From NCBI GenBank assembly GCA_050633305.1, contig JBOEGF010000020.1, positions 131,305 to 195,304 of the forward strand: 64,000 nucleotides of DNA, given 5' to 3'. How positions within the stretch are numbered: position 1 is the stretch's first letter; each line of letters opens with the position of its first letter. This stretch comes from Nannocystales bacterium. GTDB taxonomy: Bacteria > Myxococcota_A > Polyangia > Nannocystales > Nannocystaceae. A model generated the notes under the pieces. It saw only the letters and a list, made by a program, of their open reading frames with translations, searched no databases and was not told the DNA's origin. The translations under genes and the position numbers were made by a program. This document shows positions 59,377 through 64,000 of the stretch, one piece after another.

Positions 59377-59703
59377 ATGAGCAAACCAGTCACATACATC
59401 GCGCCCATCAAGCTCGCCCCCGGGATCACCGAGGCTCGCTTTCTCGAAGCCAGTCAGCAGTTTGAGACCGACTTCGTCGCTCACGAGCCCGGCGTGCTCC
59501 GCCGAGAACTGATCCGCAAGGCCGAGGGCGAGTACGCAGACATCGTGCGGTTTCGGAGCGTGGAAGATGCCGCCGCGGTCATCGAAAAGGAGCAGACCTC
59601 CGAGGTCTGCAGGGCGTTCTTCTCCCTGATGGACATGGCCGACATGAGCGAGGAGAGCAGCCCCGAAATGGGCCCATTCCCATCCCTTGCCGTCTACGAA
59701 TAA
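59377..59703 (+). CDS. Dimeric alpha-beta barrel (ABM-like) hypothetical protein
   Basis: AGGA RBS; FLEAS..F...PGVLRRELI..GEYADIVRF.S.EDA pattern. Confidence 0.7.
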   Translation: MSKPVTYIAPIKLAPGITEARFLEASQQFETDFVAHEPGVLRRELIRKAEGEYADIVRFRSVEDAAAVIEKEQTSEVCRAFFSLMDMADMSEESSPEMGPFPSLAVYE

Positions 59704-60019
59704 CGGCGTCAATCTTCCGCATGCCGCTGCGTCGCCCTGCCCAGCGGCAACACCCAAAACCGTGATCGGGCGCGTGCCGTTTCAGAACAACGAACGTGTC
59801 GCGTTCCACGCCGCCGCGGCCGAAGGTGCGATCATGTAGGGCTGCGCTCAACCCGCACCTGGATCCACCAAGAACCTCAGGGGGCCGCGAATCTGCGATC
59901 TCGGGGGGTTTTATGCGCGTTCGGACACCGCTTCAGAAGCCGCGGGTAGGGCGCATTGGCTGTGAAAGGCATTTCGCGTCGACGAATCGCTGTTCCGGCT
60001 TGCTAGACTCCAAGTCGAG

Positions 60020-60805
60020 TTGGGAGAACGAGAGAAGACTGGCAAGTACGAGCTTGTACGTCGCACCGTCAGCCACGGTGCCGCCTACGCTCGAGGACTG
60101 CTTCGGGGCAACCGGTTCGCCGGCGACATGTCCTGGACCCAGCCCGGCCAGCCTCCCGTCATCCTGTGCCACGGCTTCCTCGGGACCCGCGGAACGATGG
60201 TCCCCATGACCAAGCGCTTCCAGGCCGATGGACGTGTGGTCTTCAGCTATCACCACGGCACGTTTCAGATGCGCTCGCTCCGCTCCTCGGCGCAGAGCCT
60301 GATGGATCAGCTCGAGCGGCTGCAAACGGAGCTCGGAGTCGAGCAATTCGACGTCGTCGGCTTCTCGATGGGCGGCCTGGTCTCGCTTCACGCGGTGAAG
60401 TTCCTGCAAGCCAGCCGCATGGTCCGTCGTCTGGCCCTCCTGGGCGCTCCGGTCGAAGGCACGTGGGCCGGCCTCGCGGGCGCCGCGGTCATCGGCGCCG
60501 TCAGTCAGAGCGTGTGGCAGGTGCTGCCGATGAGCCCGTTCCTCCGCGACCTTCGTGAAGCGCCCCTGCCCGACGGGCTTCCGGTCCGGATGATTCAAGC
60601 CTCCGACGACGGACTCTGCCCGCTGGCCAAGCCGCTGCAAGGGGTCGATTCGGACAACGACTATGTCGTGATGCCCGGCGGGCACTCCTCGCTCGTTGTC
60701 GCGCGTGCGTTCTACTCGAAGACACGCGAGTTCTTCGACCGCGAAGAAGACTACGTCGGGCAGACCACCCGCGTGGGTCATGCCGCGGAAGTCGCCGCCG
60801 AGTAG
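60020..60805 (+). CDS. Alpha/beta hydrolase (lipase/esterase-like)
   Basis: ILCHGFLG, VGFSMGG, GAPVEGT, GGH. Confidence 0.88.
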   Translation: MGEREKTGKYELVRRTVSHGAAYARGLLRGNRFAGDMSWTQPGQPPVILCHGFLGTRGTMVPMTKRFQADGRVVFSYHHGTFQMRSLRSSAQSLMDQLERLQTELGVEQFDVVGFSMGGLVSLHAVKFLQASRMVRRLALLGAPVEGTWAGLAGAAVIGAVSQSVWQVLPMSPFLRDLREAPLPDGLPVRMIQASDDGLCPLAKPLQGVDSDNDYVVMPGGHSSLVVARAFYSKTREFFDREEDYVGQTTRVGHAAEVAAE

Positions 60806-60884
60806 CGGGACGTTCTCCCACTCGGGGCCGAGGCCCGGGACGTGTTGTGTGAAAGCACGGCGAGCTTGAGGCGTTGTGGTGGCG

Positions 60885-61385
60885 ATGCGTCGACTCGCGC
60901 TGCTTGCCCTTGTGACATGCGCCTGCGGCGTCCCCAAGACGGTGTCAGTCTCCCCCGCGACGTCGCACTCCGTCCTTCCTGAAGCCAAGATCACCTACGA
61001 CACGCGCGCCACCGGAGCCGTCAAGGGACACGTCCGACACCAAAGCACGGACGCGCCGCTAGGGAACGCGGTCGTCTTGCTGCGCTCGAACGACACGCCC
61101 GACCTCGAGATGACAACCGACGCCTACGGTCGGTATAGCTTCGAAGGGCTTCCTCCGAGCACGTACACCCTGCAGGTGTTGGTCGGGCAAGCGGACGTCG
61201 CCAAAGTCTTCGCACTCCCCGACAGCGCCCGGTTCCGGGCGAACTTCCTCGTCGACCCCGAGCAGCCATTTGTCTGCAGGCTTCCGTCCGTGCAGCACAG
61301 CCCGATGGATCAATCGCTGTTCTCGGTCACCAACGAGTCCGAAACCAGACTGTTGCAGCAGCCGGTCACCCGCTACGGCCTCTAG
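60885..61385 (+). CDS. Lipoprotein with carboxypeptidase-regulatory-like (Ig) domain
   Basis: MRRLALLALVTCAC; G.V....PLGNAVV, TTDAYGRYSFEGLPPSTYTL. Confidence 0.75.
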   Translation: MRRLALLALVTCACGVPKTVSVSPATSHSVLPEAKITYDTRATGAVKGHVRHQSTDAPLGNAVVLLRSNDTPDLEMTTDAYGRYSFEGLPPSTYTLQVLVGQADVAKVFALPDSARFRANFLVDPEQPFVCRLPSVQHSPMDQSLFSVTNESETRLLQQPVTRYGL

Positions 61386-61409
61386 GGCTCCGGTTGTTAT
61401 GCTGTCCGC

Positions 61410-62471
61410 GTGCGCAACGGCTCCGTTCTCACGCTGTGCGTGGCGCTCCTCCTGAGCTGTAACGGTTCCAAGAGTTCGTGCACCGCCGGCCCTCCGCCGG
61501 TTGAACACCCACCGCCTTTCCCGGTCGTCGTGCCCGGCCTCGCCGCACGGCCGCTGGTCGTCCATACCCCGGACGCTCTGCCGCAATCCGCAGCAAGCAG
61601 AGCCGAGGTCACGGGACTCGCGATGCATGGCTCAGAGCTCTACGTCGTCGATAGCGTACGCGGAGTCCTTCGCACGAGCTTGACCGACGGGACCACCGAG
61701 GAACTCGCCAACCTCGACCGGCCGTTCGCACGGCCCACCGTCACCACCGGGCGCTTGTACGGGCTCGGCGACGACGACTTGGTGTCGGTCCCGACGGAAG
61801 CCGGCGACCCGCTCTCCGTCGTCCAACGCGGACTCCTCAAGCCGCGCGACCTCGCGGTGAAGGGGTCGTATGCCTATGTCCCAACGGGGCAGTGGTTTGG
61901 TCGCGGGCCGGGCGAACCCGAGGGCAAGATCGTTCGAGTCTCGTTGTCCGGAGGCGCACGCTCGGACCTCGCCACGGGACAACCCGGGCCTGTCTCAGTC
62001 GCCGTGGACAACGAGCACGTCTACTGGACCTGCCAAGGTGCGGTGATGCGTGTTTCGGTCGCAGGCGGCAGCCCCGAGAGGTTCGCCGAGTTCGAGGACG
62101 ACTACCCGTGGCACATCGTTCTCGACCAAGAGCGCGTGTACACGATGGTCCAAAGCGGCCTCGGTGTGGGCCTGTATCGTATGCCCAAGAGCGACGCGAC
62201 GCCGCTGCGCCTTGCCCACCTCGAGACGATGCCTCCCGGTCTCGCGCTCGGAGATGGAGCGGTCCACTTCGTGGCCGAGTCGGAGCAGCCCAACATCGGA
62301 ACCCTCTGGCGCCTTGACCTGCGAGACGCCCGGCTCGACACGGTTGCGACCGGGATTCCTCCGTCGTGCTGTGTCGTGGCCGACGATCGGCACCTTGCGT
62401 GGGCGTCGGGTCGCGACGTCCTGTGGATGGAACACAAGACGCACGAGGTCCATCGCGCTCCCACGTACTAG
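61410..62471 (+). CDS. Beta-propeller repeat lipoprotein
   Basis: Lipobox LLSC; repeated LA.G..P..VAVD..VYW blades. Confidence 0.75.
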   Translation: MRNGSVLTLCVALLLSCNGSKSSCTAGPPPVEHPPPFPVVVPGLAARPLVVHTPDALPQSAASRAEVTGLAMHGSELYVVDSVRGVLRTSLTDGTTEELANLDRPFARPTVTTGRLYGLGDDDLVSVPTEAGDPLSVVQRGLLKPRDLAVKGSYAYVPTGQWFGRGPGEPEGKIVRVSLSGGARSDLATGQPGPVSVAVDNEHVYWTCQGAVMRVSVAGGSPERFAEFEDDYPWHIVLDQERVYTMVQSGLGVGLYRMPKSDATPLRLAHLETMPPGLALGDGAVHFVAESEQPNIGTLWRLDLRDARLDTVATGIPPSCCVVADDRHLAWASGRDVLWMEHKTHEVHRAPTY

Positions 62472-62645
62472 CGGAGTCCAGCGGCGCCCCTTACGCATAT
62501 TCCTGTTTGCCGAGGGGCAGAGCGGCCGATGCGCAGCCACGAGACTCAGTAGTTTCAACGGCTTAGCTGATCCAGGTTTCGCCGGACTTCACATCTGTCC
62601 GACATGTGGGATAGTCGGGTACCTCTTCGCAGGAAATTTGCATTG

Positions 62646-64000
62646 ATGCGCCTCTCGACCCTCGCCCTCACCGCCCTGTTCAGTCTCTCCCTCACCGCGT
62701 GCGGTGAAGATTCCGACTCCGCGGAAGGCGGAGGTCAGTGCGACGGGGCCAAGTGTGATTCGGCCGATGACATGGACTCTGACGAGTTCTCGCAGCAAAG
62801 CTACTGCGTCGGTGTCCGCGGAAACGGCGAGCTCATCACCGCGCACTTCGCTTCGCTGTCCCGCATCATCGAGCACTACGGACTGACCTCCGGCGTTTCC
62901 GGTGGCAGCTCGGCCTCGATCACCTCCTTCCTACTCGAGTCGGTGCAGATGAACCCGGCGGTCACCCGCTGTGGCGAAGAGACCTGCTCCGACGCTGAGG
63001 CCGCCAACCGAGCCGCCCTGCTTCTCAAGAGCCTTCAAGGATACATGGTCGTGCTCGCGGGCACCCCAGAGGCAGCCGCCATCTCGCAGCTCATCCCCGT
63101 CGCACAGCAAGCCGCAGCACAAGACATCGCAGCGCTCGCGGAGACCGACCCCGTCGCCGCACAAGCCGCGCTCGAGGAGCTTCTGGCCTCCGAGGACATT
63201 CGGGACCTCATCAACCCTGAGCTGATCGGCCTGCTTCAGAGCTCGCCCAACCCCCAGTACCACGTCCAGGACATCGCGCAGGCCATCACCGGCCTTGCCA
63301 GCTTCAACGCCACCGACCCACGGATTCTCGTCCGTCCGGGCCTCATCGACTTTTCCGGAGTGGCGGAGAAGATCGGGCGCATCGGAAGCTTCTACGCAGG
63401 CTACGGCAGCTACGACGCCGCCGGCTTCGAGGGCTTCATGCGGGCGTGTGCCACGCCCGGTGCCGGCCTGAGCTGGTCCGAAGTCGCGGCCCTGCCTGTT
63501 GGGGACACCGGATTCAACTGCGGTGAAGCCTTTGGCGGTCTCGCGGTTCCGTGGCGCACCGACTTCCTCGCCAACGAAGACCAGTACGAATCCCGCATCG
63601 ATGACCAGATCGGCGCCGAGCTTCCGGCCCTGATCTCCACCTCCGTCATCACCGGTCCCAGCGTGCAGCGCTGGGCGGGCGCCCGAGACGCTTACTTCGC
63701 GGGTGAAGAAGAGATTGAGATCGGTGTGGACTTCGACGACGTGAAGTTCGGCTACTTCGGCGCTCAGACCGACCTCGACACCGCCGGTCGCAACAGCGCC
63801 AAGTTCAGCGACATCAAGACCGCAAAGTTCCACGCCATTGGGCCCGCCTCCTGGCGCACCGCCCTGTCCTATAGCCCCGCCGAGCCCGGCCTCGCCCGCG
63901 CGCTCGAGCTTCCCGACGGCACCGTCTCCGCCGGCGGCTGGTCCGACCTGCACCCCACGCTCGCCCTGCGCAACATGGGCTGCGACAACGTCGTGTACGT
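62646..64000 (+). CDS. Lipoprotein with divergent patatin-like domain (3' end runs off the window)
   Basis: Not in the ORF track; the start and end were translated by hand and share one frame. MRLSTLALTALFSLSLTAC, CVGVRGNGE, SGGSSAS, AGGWSDLHP...GCDNVVYV. Confidence 0.7.
   Translation, partial: MRLSTLALTALFSLSLTACGEDSDSAEGGGQCDGAKCDSADDMDSDEFSQQSYCVGVRGNGELITAHFASLSRIIEHYGLTSGVSGGSSASITSFLLESVQMNPAVTRCGEETCSDAEAANRAALLLKSLQGYMVVLAGTPEAAAISQLIPVAQQAAAQDIAALAETDPVAAQAALEELLASEDIRDLINPELIGLLQSSPNPQYHVQDIAQAITGLASFNATDPRILVRPGLIDFSGVAEKIGRIGSFYAGYGSYDAAGFEGFMRACATPGAGLSWSEVAALPVGDTGFNCGEAFGGLAVPWRTDFLANEDQYESRIDDQIGAELPALISTSVITGPSVQRWAGARDAYFAGEEEIEIGVDFDDVKFGYFGAQTDLDTAGRNSAKFSDIKTAKFHAIGPASWRTALSYSPAEPGLARALELPDGTVSAGGWSDLHPTLALRNMGCDNVVY

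Noticed and set aside
59870..59913. Imperfect G-U-rich hairpin followed by a short T run
   Set aside because: Too many mismatches to call a terminator or riboswitch with confidence.

Overview
High-GC bacterial DNA, most likely from a myxobacterium of the Nannocystaceae type (inferred from a MYXO-CTERM tail, Ser/Thr kinase-TPR paralogues and many Cys-rich lipoproteins). It is an accessory-type region of about 55 genes: surface lipoproteins, hydrolases, one-component regulators and two kinase-TPR proteins. I found no rRNA, tRNA, CRISPR array or intact transposase. Two loci stand out. (1) A ribosome rescue/repair module at 14170-17678: an RtcB2-type RNA ligase and a PrfH-type GGQ release factor, with overlapping start/stop codons, sit behind a sigma-54 promoter and diverge from an RtcR-like CARF/AAA+ activator; no rtcA is present in the window. 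(2) A lower-GC two-gene unit at 25502-29345 encoding a ~1120-aa protein with a B-box-like Zn finger, a DNase I-like (EEP) active site split by two large insertions, a Cys cluster and an unassigned C-terminal domain, followed by a small partner gene. Smaller findings include a ~108-bp MITE-like element with 19-bp inverted ends, a perfect 16-bp palindrome, two paralogue-insert-paralogue arrangements, a glutaredoxin/disulfide reductase/ECF/anti-sigma cluster, a candidate WYL operator and a six-repeat propeller-like lipoprotein. All family assignments come from motif recognition by eye; no database searches were run. Many start codons were moved from the ORF track to more plausible positions.
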